From: Bacteroidia bacterium
GTDB lineage: Bacteria; Bacteroidota; Bacteroidia; Bacteroidales; VadinHA17
Assembly (NCBI GenBank): GCA_026391215.1
Contig: JAPLDX010000135.1
Location: 1-10,242 of the forward strand
Direction of reading: 5' to 3'
DNA length: 10,242 nt
Below the pieces are notes generated by a model. The model was not told where the DNA came from, did no database searches, and saw only the letters and a program-made list of their open reading frames with translations. Position 1 is the stretch's first letter. Each line of letters opens with the position of its first letter. The position numbers were made by a program, and so were the translations under genes. Below are positions 1 to 7,356 of this stretch, in pieces.

Positions 1-1
1 G

Positions 2-127
2 ATTAGTAAATTCTTGACTGAATCCAAAGTACGGACAAGAATGAATACCATGAATAGATTCTTTAAGAAAAGTCAAGACGTATTTGGATATGGAATTTAT
101 ACCATGACTAAACAAAACGCATCCTGA
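2..127 (+). CDS. Probable 3' end of an upstream gene (partial), possibly a class I SAM-dependent methyltransferase
   Basis: Frame 2 is open from the window edge to TGA at 125-127: ISKFLTESKVRTRMNTMNRFFKKSQDVFGYGIYTMTKQNAS. The helix followed by FGYGIY recalls methyltransferase C-termini. This is recall only, not a search result. Confidence 0.4.
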   Translation: MSKFLTESKVRTRMNTMNRFFKKSQDVFGYGIYTMTKQNAS

Positions 128-253
128 CACGGACAAAAAAAAATAAATTCGTTATGGTTTTTGCATTTTATTCCCGATACCATGATAGGTATCTGGTAAT
201 TCTGTAACCGGCACTCCTTAAGGTCTCAGAGGGTTCAGCAATACACCATCCCT

Positions 254-286
254 GCCTTGCTCCGCCGAAGCGGCTACGCGAAGGCG
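254..286. repeat. REP-like GC-rich palindromic element, copy 1
   Basis: GCCTTGCTCCGCCGAAGCGGCTACGCGAAGGCG. GCCTT(254-258) pairs with AAGGC(281-285). It shares TCCGCC..GCGAAGGCG with 5627-5650. Confidence 0.55.
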
Positions 287-336
287 CAGATGTCGGGCTT
301 TGCATCTAAACTGTTCATCAACTAAACACAGATACA

Positions 337-2712
337 ATGTTAAAAAACTATCTTAAATCAGCAGTAAGATTTATTAGGCACAATAAAGTATTTGCAGGTA
401 TCAATTTACTTGGTCTTTCAATTGCTCTTGCTGCCTCGTTCATAATGTTGCTCTTTGTAATTAATGAACTCAGTTACAACCGTTGCCACAAAAACAGTAA
501 AAGGGTATACAAAGTACTTAACTACTACGTCGATTTTAAAATGACACAGTCAGGAACTCCTTACGTTCTGGCCACAGCATTGAAAGATGAATTTCCACAG
601 GTTGAGAAAGCTGTAAAAACAAGATATATGCGCGGATTCAGGTTGAAGTTAAAAGATCAATCTGTCATTGATGTTTATGATGCTATTGCAACAGATTCTG
701 ACATATTTGACATATTTACACTTCCGCTGATCAGCGGCTCTTCAGCTGAGAACTTGCTTGATGAACAGAATTCCATTGTACTCTCACGCTCTCTTGCAGA
801 AAAGGTATTCCCCGGGCAAGATCCCATAGGGCAGGAGATCGTCGGAGTGGTAAACAATACTGAGCAGCTCTTTATGGTAAGGGGAGTATTCGAAGATCTG
901 CCTCAGAATTCAACTTTCAGGACCACATGTTTACTGAACAGCAAGTGGACACTTGAATCCATCAACAAAACTTTTGGAATTACCAATGCTGATGTGAACT
1001 GGGAGATGAACTTCTGGAATACCTGGGTTCTTCTTTCAAAAGATAGTGATGTCAAAACACTTGAAAATCAATTCAGGGCGTTTGAGGTTAAGAATATAAG
1101 TGAAAAGCCCGTATATCAGTATTCACTTCAGAATCTGGGCAATGTTTACCTGGGTTCAGCAGACGTGGCAAATGCCGGAATTACAGGTAACAGAAACAAT
1201 GTCAGACTCTTTTCTGCAATAGCATTTCTGATAATCCTTGTTGCAGCCATTAATTATATCATTCTCTCAACCGCAGTATCAACAGGCAGAAGGTTGGAAA
1301 TAGGGATAAGAAAAACTTTTGGTGCCATTAACAGGAGCATCAAAAATCAACTGCTGAGCGAATCAATATTAATGGCTCTTATAGTATTGCCAGTTGCTCT
1401 TGTCCTGATGAGGATAGCTCTTCCGTATGCCGGGAAACTGTTTCAGACCAAACTGAGTATTCTAAGTTCAAACATTGGCATATATATCGGTGTTTATCTG
1501 GCTATGACAATAATTATCGGAGTTGTCTCCGGTTTATATACATCATCATATTTATCCGGACTTAAGGTCATGGATATACTTAAAAGCACCGCTCAGACCG
1601 GTAGAAAAAAACAGTTCTTCCGTTCCCTCCTTATTATTCTGCAACTTGTTATTTTCTGCTCATTTGTTTCAGGAACGCTGATCATACGTTCGCAGTATAA
1701 ATATGCCCTTAACAAAGATCCGGGTTACTATAACAGGGATATCCTGTTAATTGATCTCGGGCGTGATTTCAAGGGCTATTCTGCTTATATCAATAGTATT
1801 AAATCAAATCCGAATGTGATCATGGCCGGAGGTGTCATGGAGGGGCTTCCAATGAGGGGATCGGGGACTTTTATGTATCCGAATTTCCAGGATAATACTT
1901 TGCAGGTAAAGGTAGAAGGACTGGCTGTTGATTATAACTTTGTTGAGACTATGGGTATCGAAGTACTTAGAGGCCGCGCATTCTCACGGGATTTTGGAAG
2001 CGACCTTGGGAAGTCGGTGATGCTCAATGAAACAGCTGTCAAACAGCTGAGTATAACCGATCCTATTGGTAAGCTGATCGGAGATCAGACAATTATCGGT
2101 ATTGTAAAAGACTTCAATCTTCATTCTATACATTCCGATATTCCACCCCTTATGATTGATATGACAGATAAGTATATAATGCAGGTTGCAGTACATTACA
2201 AACCAGAGACTCTGGCCAGTATTCTTCCGATGCTCGAAGCTGAATGGAAGAAAGCTGCTCCGGACAGCCCATTCAGGTTCACAACAATGGAAGATCTGAT
2301 TAAGGATATTTATTCTTCCGAAAGGAATTTAAGTACAATTGTTTCAATATTCGCGCTATTTACCCTGCTTATTGCTGCATTTGGATTATATGGACTGACA
2401 CTTTTTATAGCACGGTCGAGAGTCAAGGAAATAGGTATCAAAAAGGCTTTTGGAAGTTCTGAACAATCAATTATTTTTTCATTCCTGAAAAATAACCTGA
2501 TCCTGGTTCTTGCAGCTGCCCTGCTTTCTGTTCCTGTAACTCTCTATGTCATGACAAAGTGGTTAAATAATTTTGCATTTAAGACCAGTATAAACTGGTG
2601 GATATTCGTTATCTCATTTGCAGTAGCAGCACTTGTTGTTCTTTTTACGGTATATTTTCATTCATACAAAGCATCACGTATTAATCCGGTAGACGCTCTG
2701 AGGCATGAATAA
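337..2712 (+). CDS. ABC transporter permease, MacB/FtsX family (duplicated periplasmic core plus FtsX domains)
   Basis: 791 aa. The N-terminus MLKNYLKSAVR..INLLGLSIALA, two FtsX motifs (RRLEIGIRKTFGA, RVKEIGIKKAFGS), GIVKDFNLHSIH and the C-terminus KASRINPVDALRHE are typical of Bacteroidetes MacB-like permeases. Confidence 0.95.
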   Translation: MLKNYLKSAVRFIRHNKVFAGINLLGLSIALAASFIMLLFVINELSYNRCHKNSKRVYKVLNYYVDFKMTQSGTPYVLATALKDEFPQVEKAVKTRYMRGFRLKLKDQSVIDVYDAIATDSDIFDIFTLPLISGSSAENLLDEQNSIVLSRSLAEKVFPGQDPIGQEIVGVVNNTEQLFMVRGVFEDLPQNSTFRTTCLLNSKWTLESINKTFGITNADVNWEMNFWNTWVLLSKDSDVKTLENQFRAFEVKNISEKPVYQYSLQNLGNVYLGSADVANAGITGNRNNVRLFSAIAFLIILVAAINYIILSTAVSTGRRLEIGIRKTFGAINRSIKNQLLSESILMALIVLPVALVLMRIALPYAGKLFQTKLSILSSNIGIYIGVYLAMTIIIGVVSGLYTSSYLSGLKVMDILKSTAQTGRKKQFFRSLLIILQLVIFCSFVSGTLIIRSQYKYALNKDPGYYNRDILLIDLGRDFKGYSAYINSIKSNPNVIMAGGVMEGLPMRGSGTFMYPNFQDNTLQVKVEGLAVDYNFVETMGIEVLRGRAFSRDFGSDLGKSVMLNETAVKQLSITDPIGKLIGDQTIIGIVKDFNLHSIHSDIPPLMIDMTDKYIMQVAVHYKPETLASILPMLEAEWKKAAPDSPFRFTTMEDLIKDIYSSERNLSTIVSIFALFTLLIAAFGLYGLTLFIARSRVKEIGIKKAFGSSEQSIIFSFLKNNLILVLAAALLSVPVTLYVMTKWLNNFAFKTSINWWIFVISFAVAALVVLFTVYFHSYKASRINPVDALRHE

Positions 2713-2833
2713 AATGTCAGCCGTAGCATTCTATTAGTTTTATTTGCATTGGACAGCGAGGCTCTGGGATCTTGTTGACAAAAAAATTGCATCAAAAAAG
2801 ATAATTAACCATATAAAACTATAACTTATTGCC

Positions 2834-2868
2834 AGCCCCCGGAAATCAGCTCCGGGGGCTTTTACTTT
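2834..2868 (+). terminator. Rho-independent terminator after the permease
   Basis: Perfect 10-bp stem AGCCCCCGGA(2834-2843)/TCCGGGGGCT(2851-2860) with a 7-nt loop, followed by TTTACTTT. Confidence 0.85.
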
Positions 2869-2898
2869 AAAACTCATTTAAGGAAATTCGTAACTTTG
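2866..2898 (+). promoter_or_regulatory. Putative Bacteroidetes primary-sigma promoter for the S41 peptidase
   Basis: TAACTTTG at 2891-2898 matches the -7 consensus TAnnTTTG. An imperfect -33 element (TTTA, 2866-2869) lies at 21-nt spacing. Confidence 0.5.
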
Positions 2899-2991
2899 GC
2901 TAAAACCACCTCTGATGAATTATCTTGTCAAATGCACAAAATTTTTAAACCATTAGCTATCTCTTTATAGGTAAAGCAAATAACAATCTCT

Positions 2992-4314
2992 ATGAAAAAA
3001 TCTATTGTTTCCATTCTTTTATTTGTTTTGGTTTTCGTTCAGGCTTTCGGACAACCTTCAAGACAATTTTCTAAGAATGAGATTATTAGCGATATAGATT
3101 ACCTTGTAAGTGACGTTGAAAACATTCATCTTAATCCATATCATTCTATCCGTAAAGAAAAATTTATGAAAAGGATTCAACTAATTAAAAACCATATACC
3201 CGACTCACTATCACAAATTGAAGTTTGGATTAGACTTAATGAGATACTAGCATCACTAAAAGAGGGGCATACTAATTTTCGTCCACCCGATTTGGGAGAT
3301 TTTTTTAAATTCCCCTTTGCAATAAAAATCGATCGTGCAACAAAACAATTTATAATCTCTGACTCATATATCGATTCATTAAAAAAATATACAGGAACCA
3401 GAATAATATCCATAAATGGGATCTCAACAGACAGTTTGCTTAATATTTTTATGAAGAATACTGGTGGTGAAAATGAATCCTATAAAATATTTATGAATGA
3501 AATACATTTCGATTATGCAATATATTCTGTATTTCGTGCACCAGATTATTTCGATGTTGGTTTACAAATTGGTGAAACGACTGTTTATCACCGCTTTAGC
3601 AGTATAAATAATATAAAAATCAAACCAGAACCAGATTATACATTTAAAATAATCCATGACAATATAGGTCTGATCGATATGAATAGAATGAATTCTCTAA
3701 GAGATTTCAGAAAGTTCAGTAAATCAACATTTAAGACAATACATAGCAGGAATATTTTAAAACTAATAATAGATTTCAGAGGTAATCAAGGTGGTGATTC
3801 ACAAATTGGAGATGAATTATTGAAATATCTTTCAAATGTTCCTTTCACTCAATGGGATAAAGCAATTGCAAAAGTGAGTTCTGTTACAAGAGAATTATAT
3901 AATTATTCTTCAAAAAAGGATACCATAGTAGAAAAGGATTTGTCTAGTAATCTTACTCAACCATATCCCCAAAGAAAGAGATTTTCAGGAAAACTATTTG
4001 TATTAGTAGATGGAGGTACTTTCTCGAGTGCTGGATCAACAGTTTGGTGCATTGATCATTATAAACTGTGTACTTCAATTGGAGAAGAAACCAGTGGAAT
4101 CGGGGTTCACTTTGGGAATATTATAAAAAGGAATCTGCCAAATACCGGGTTGACATATTATACTTCCCTAATGAAATGGTATTCAGTTGGGGCAAATGAT
4201 AGCTCAACACACGGATTAATACCTGATCATGAAATAAAGCTGTCGATAGAAGATATTAAGAACCAAAAAGATCCAGTCTTAGATTTTGCTGTTAATTTAA
4301 TAAATAGCAACTAA
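2992..4314 (+). CDS. Secreted S41-family peptidase
   Basis: 440 aa with signal peptide ending AFG/Q. Motifs: LKEGHT, PDZ-like GTRIISINGIS, LIIDFRGNQGG, VLVDGGTFSSA (catalytic Ser), IGEETSG, GLIPDHEI and DPVLDFA. Confidence 0.92.
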   Translation: MKKSIVSILLFVLVFVQAFGQPSRQFSKNEIISDIDYLVSDVENIHLNPYHSIRKEKFMKRIQLIKNHIPDSLSQIEVWIRLNEILASLKEGHTNFRPPDLGDFFKFPFAIKIDRATKQFIISDSYIDSLKKYTGTRIISINGISTDSLLNIFMKNTGGENESYKIFMNEIHFDYAIYSVFRAPDYFDVGLQIGETTVYHRFSSINNIKIKPEPDYTFKIIHDNIGLIDMNRMNSLRDFRKFSKSTFKTIHSRNILKLIIDFRGNQGGDSQIGDELLKYLSNVPFTQWDKAIAKVSSVTRELYNYSSKKDTIVEKDLSSNLTQPYPQRKRFSGKLFVLVDGGTFSSAGSTVWCIDHYKLCTSIGEETSGIGVHFGNIIKRNLPNTGLTYYTSLMKWYSVGANDSSTHGLIPDHEIKLSIEDIKNQKDPVLDFAVNLINSN

Positions 4315-4399
4315 CCATTCCCTTTTTCACGTGCTGTTAGTGTTCATTGAAACACACACCACCCTTTGGCAGCACTATTTGATTATAAGAATGATTAAC

Positions 4400-4538
4400 T
4401 GCAAAAACCGGACATCTTGACCACATTTGGCCGGTCAGATTACAATTGAAATAAATAACATAATAACAAGCATTTAACACCGGCAAGAGATGATCAATTT
4501 ACTCCGGCCATTGGTGGTCAAAGCCACTGGCTTTTCCA
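4400..4538. mobile_element. Non-autonomous MITE-like element or internally deleted IS with IS21-family-like ends
   Basis: Begins TG and ends CA. The 35-bp imperfect terminal inverted repeats 4400-4434 and 4504-4538 match at 24/35 by hand alignment (shared TTGACCAC and TGGCCGG). An extra inner repeat lies at 4480-4503. No transposase is present. Confidence 0.72.
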
Positions 4539-4554
4539 ATTGAGTAATATTTCA

Positions 4555-4562
4555 TAATTTTG
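4555..4562 (+). promoter_or_regulatory. Possible -7 promoter element for the FISUMP gene
   Basis: TAATTTTG matches TAnnTTTG, 17 nt before ATG 4580. The -33 position falls inside the right end of the MITE-like element (TTTT, 4532-4535). Confidence 0.4.
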
Positions 4563-4579
4563 ATAAAATCAAATCCAAA

Positions 4580-5557
4580 ATGAAATCCTCATTTATTAGC
4601 AGATTAATTCTTGTCTTGCTTATATTGATTTTTTCAAATTCATGTAAGAATGAAGAAGTCCCAACCGTAACAACTACTGAAATAACCGGTATCACAGATA
4701 CTTCTGCTATTAGTGGAGGTACAATAACAAGTGAGGGCACAAGCATAATTCATACCAAGGGAGTCTGCTGGAGTACTGAAGAAGATCCAACTATAGTAAA
4801 TGACACAACTGATAATGGTGCGGGTACACTTACTTTTACAAGTAATATTACTGGTTTGAATGTAGCTACAATGTATTATGTAAGAGCTTATGCATCAAAC
4901 AGTGTTGGAACAGGATATGGAATGGCCAAGTCATTTACAACAGTAATCCTAGACATTGAAGGTCATGGTTATCATGAAGTAACGATTGGCACTCAAACGT
5001 GGTTAGTTGAGAATCTTAAAACCACCAAATATAATAATGGTGATGCAATACCATATGTCACAGACGACACAGAATGGAATACATTAACTTACGGTGGATA
5101 CTGTAATTGCAATAATTCTTCTGGCCACGTAAACCCCTATGGACGTTTATATAATTGGTATGCGATAAGTGATAACCGTAATTTATGTCCAACAGGCTGG
5201 CATGTTCCAGAAGATTCGGAATGGACTACACTTATAAATTATTTGGGCGGTCAAGATATTGCTGGAGCAAAATTAAAAGAAAGAGGCACAACGCATTGGG
5301 ATAGTCCCAATGCTGACGCAACTAACGAAAGTGGTTTTTCTGCCCTTCCTGGTGGTCATCGTTACACCACTGGAGGCTTCGCATATTTTGGTTATAATGG
5401 TACCTGGTGGAGTTCAACAGATGCAGGGTCCACAGTTGAAAATATAATCTTAACCAGTACTAACAGCACTGTACATTTAAATAATTTTCCCAAAAGTGAA
5501 GGGAGTTCTGTACGTTGCATTTTCTCTAACTCCTTGATATTCAACTGTGGGGGTTGA
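4580..5557 (+). CDS. Lipoprotein with an FN3-like domain and a FISUMP (Fibrobacter succinogenes major paralogous) domain; aberrant C-terminal tail
   Basis: Lipobox-like FSNS-C22. FN3-like segment GVCWST..YYVRAYASNSVGTGYG. FISUMP motifs VTIGTQTWLVENL, YGRLYNWYA, LCPTGWHVP, NESGFSALPGG, WWSST and SVRCI. The stop codon lies inside the antisense tRNA. Confidence 0.93.
   Translation: MKSSFISRLILVLLILIFSNSCKNEEVPTVTTTEITGITDTSAISGGTITSEGTSIIHTKGVCWSTEEDPTIVNDTTDNGAGTLTFTSNITGLNVATMYYVRAYASNSVGTGYGMAKSFTTVILDIEGHGYHEVTIGTQTWLVENLKTTKYNNGDAIPYVTDDTEWNTLTYGGYCNCNNSSGHVNPYGRLYNWYAISDNRNLCPTGWHVPEDSEWTTLINYLGGQDIAGAKLKERGTTHWDSPNADATNESGFSALPGGHRYTTGGFAYFGYNGTWWSSTDAGSTVENIILTSTNSTVHLNNFPKSEGSSVRCIFSNSLIFNCGG
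5527..5539 (-). promoter_or_regulatory. IHF-consensus site just downstream of the tRNA
   Basis: The minus strand reads TATCAAGGAGTTA, an exact match to the E. coli IHF consensus WATCAANNNNTTR, 8 nt beyond the tRNA discriminator base. Confidence 0.5.
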
Positions 5558-5622
5558 GGGATTCGAACCCCCGACCCTCTGCTTGTAAGGCAGATGCTCT
5601 GAACCAGCTGAGCTAAACCCCC
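5548..5622 (-). tRNA. tRNA-Val(TAC)
   Basis: Minus strand: GGGGGTTTAGCTCAGCTGGTTCAGAGCATCTGCCTTACAAGCAGAGGGTCGGGGGTTCGAATCCCTCAACCCCCA. Acceptor stem GGGGGTT/AACCCCC, anticodon stem TCTGC/GCAGA with loop CTTACAA, T-loop TTCGAAT. CCA is not encoded. Confidence 0.98.
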
Positions 5623-5652
5623 TTCGTCCGCCAAAACCTTGGCGAAGGCGGA
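5621..5652. repeat. REP-like GC-rich palindromic element, copy 2, in the tRNA leader
   Basis: CCTTCGTCCGCCAAAACCTTGGCGAAGGCGGA. Possible pairings are CGCCAA/TTGGCG, TCCGCC/GGCGGA and CCTTCG/CGAAGG. Confidence 0.6.
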
Positions 5653-5665
5653 TATTTTGCGACTG

Positions 5666-5696
5666 CAAATATAGCCTCATTTTTCATTTATGCAAA
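5666..5696 (-). promoter_or_regulatory. Bacteroidetes primary-sigma promoter of tRNA-Val
   Basis: Minus strand TTTG (5696-5693), a 19-nt spacer and TATATTTG (5673-5666): a full match to the -33/-7 consensus and spacing. Confidence 0.85.
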
Positions 5697-6090
5697 AAAA
5701 ACTTAAAAGCTTCCGGATGCCTTTAAAACCACCGTGAGGTTATGATTTGGTCAAATAATGATATGCAGTAATCAAGCAAAACTGACCGTTGGTCAAAATC
5801 AATAACAGCAAAAATGGTATCACATGCCCATTTGCAGGGTTTTTAAGTGCAACAGAACAAGTGAGTTGCAGAAAGCAACCAAAATGGCTATTTAAAAGTC
5901 TTGTTAAAGTGTTCAAAACACGTGAAAAATAACGCGTTAGAGGTGTTTAAAAAATTCCTATATTCACCGCATAAAATTAATTGAGCAAATGAACTCTGCG
6001 GCTCGAAAGGGAGGACTATAAACTGCAGAGTCATATTTATTTGATATACTGACTGATAGAATTGTTTTGAAAAATTGAACCTGATCATAT

Positions 6091-7356
6091 ATGGAAAGCA
6101 ATAAACCTGCAGGCCGAGCGATTTTAGCTTTATTCGGATCATATTCTGCTGATTCCCCTCATTGGGGAATTCGGGTTAAGAGTTACTCTTATTTAACAAA
6201 AAAGTCAATAATCTTTCTGTTAGTACTGTTTCAATTTGTTGTTTCCTTCGGCCAGGCAACAACAACTTTTACTCTTTCAATACCTCTTGGTCCTCCAACC
6301 AATTGGGATGCTGCAGCTTGGGTCATAACCGGGGATCCGACCGGTGCAACATATCCGGGTCAGACAGGCTATGCCGGGGAAAATCCTGGTGATATACATC
6401 ATGTAGTAATTCAGAATACAGCAGCAGCAGGATTGAGAACTGTTGTTCTGAATTTAATTATTACCAGCCATATTGGAAATGTTGCCCTGAATAATGCTCC
6501 GGGAACACCAAAACTTAACATTGGAAATAATTCGCTTACAATGAGCGGGAACCTGACTGGTAATGGAACTTTTGAGTCCGGATCAGGAACATTGTTTATT
6601 GCTGGTGATAATACACACTCCGGTACATATACAGCCGGAACAGGTACGATGGATTATAATGGTTCAGGGGCTCAGTCAGTACGTGGCACAGGATATAATA
6701 ACCTGACAATTTCCGGGTCTGGTACAAAAACAATGGCAGCTGCGTTGACTGTGAATGGTAATCTGGCAATAAGCGGATCAGCTATCCTTGCAACTTCCAG
6801 TTTCCAGATAACCGGGAATATGGTCGGGACCCTTACAATGACAGCCGGGACAGGCCTGACTCTGGGTAACAGTGCAGTGGCAACGGCTGTCCTGTTCCCT
6901 TCAAATTTCATGTCGACCAACATTACTCTTGATGCCACATCTACGGTTGTCTACCAGGCTAATATAAATCAGGCAGTTTCAAATGTTCCTGCTTATGGAA
7001 ATCTGACTGTCACTACTAACGGTACTACAAAAACATACAGCGGCGACCTTACCGTAAACGGGGATCTTACTGTAAACGGAACAGCAATATTCACTGTGGG
7101 AGCTGCGGCAGTAACCTGGAATGTAAAGGGCAACCTGGCCGGAGCGGGCACATTAAGGATGAATGGTGTAGGATTGGCTCATGTGCTGAATCTTGCGGGT
7201 GCAACAAATACTATCGGGACCTTTACTACCGCAGCAGGCTCGGGAAGTGTGGTAAATTATACCCGTGCAGGTGACCAGCAGGTTTTTGTCAGTGCGCTGC
7301 GGCCCGTACACTGGCAGTTACAGGCAATTTATCCGGTGACGGCACAATTGATATGA
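6091..7356 (+). CDS. N-terminal part of a giant secreted Gly/Thr/Asn-rich repeat protein; true homology ends at about 7295
   Basis: Signal peptide KKSIIFLLVLFQFVVSFG/Q after an extended N-region. Repeats of about 100 aa (Y..xxQxV..YxNLT..G.K..LTVNG.L). The last 20 or so residues (LRPVHWQLQ..) are off-frame. Confidence 0.85.
   Translation: MESNKPAGRAILALFGSYSADSPHWGIRVKSYSYLTKKSIIFLLVLFQFVVSFGQATTTFTLSIPLGPPTNWDAAAWVITGDPTGATYPGQTGYAGENPGDIHHVVIQNTAAAGLRTVVLNLIITSHIGNVALNNAPGTPKLNIGNNSLTMSGNLTGNGTFESGSGTLFIAGDNTHSGTYTAGTGTMDYNGSGAQSVRGTGYNNLTISGSGTKTMAAALTVNGNLAISGSAILATSSFQITGNMVGTLTMTAGTGLTLGNSAVATAVLFPSNFMSTNITLDATSTVVYQANINQAVSNVPAYGNLTVTTNGTTKTYSGDLTVNGDLTVNGTAIFTVGAAAVTWNVKGNLAGAGTLRMNGVGLAHVLNLAGATNTIGTFTTAAGSGSVVNYTRAGDQQVFVSALRPVHWQLQAIYPVTAQLI

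Noticed and set aside
31-185. ATACCATGA three times (45, 99, 177) and ACGGACAA twice (31, 129)
   Set aside because: Spacing is irregular and several copies lie in the probable upstream CDS. They are too short for CRISPR or iterons, and I found no good sigma-54 -24/-12 site.
173-196. Hairpin GATACC/GGTATC as a terminator
   Set aside because: The stem is short and there is no U-tract.
4331-5469. 11-bp inverted repeat GTGCTGTTAGT (4331-4341) / ACTAACAGCAC (5459-5469) as an invertible segment
   Set aside because: Several 11-bp inverted matches are expected by chance in 10 kb, the match does not extend, and no recombinase is nearby.
5380-5521. Diversity-generating retroelement variable region in the FISUMP C-terminus
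   Set aside because: FISUMP-like folds can be DGR targets, but no template repeat with adenine-specific mismatches and no reverse transcriptase is in the window. A remote template cannot be excluded without a genome search.
5392-5680. Minus-strand ORFs of 80 aa and 67 aa
   Set aside because: They are translations through the tRNA-Val gene and antisense to the FISUMP gene.
7281-7290. Programmed -1 frameshift or phase-variable tract at GGTTTTTG
   Set aside because: Only five T's and not a canonical X XXY YYZ heptamer. Slippage would give VFCQC and would not restore the missing repeat segment.
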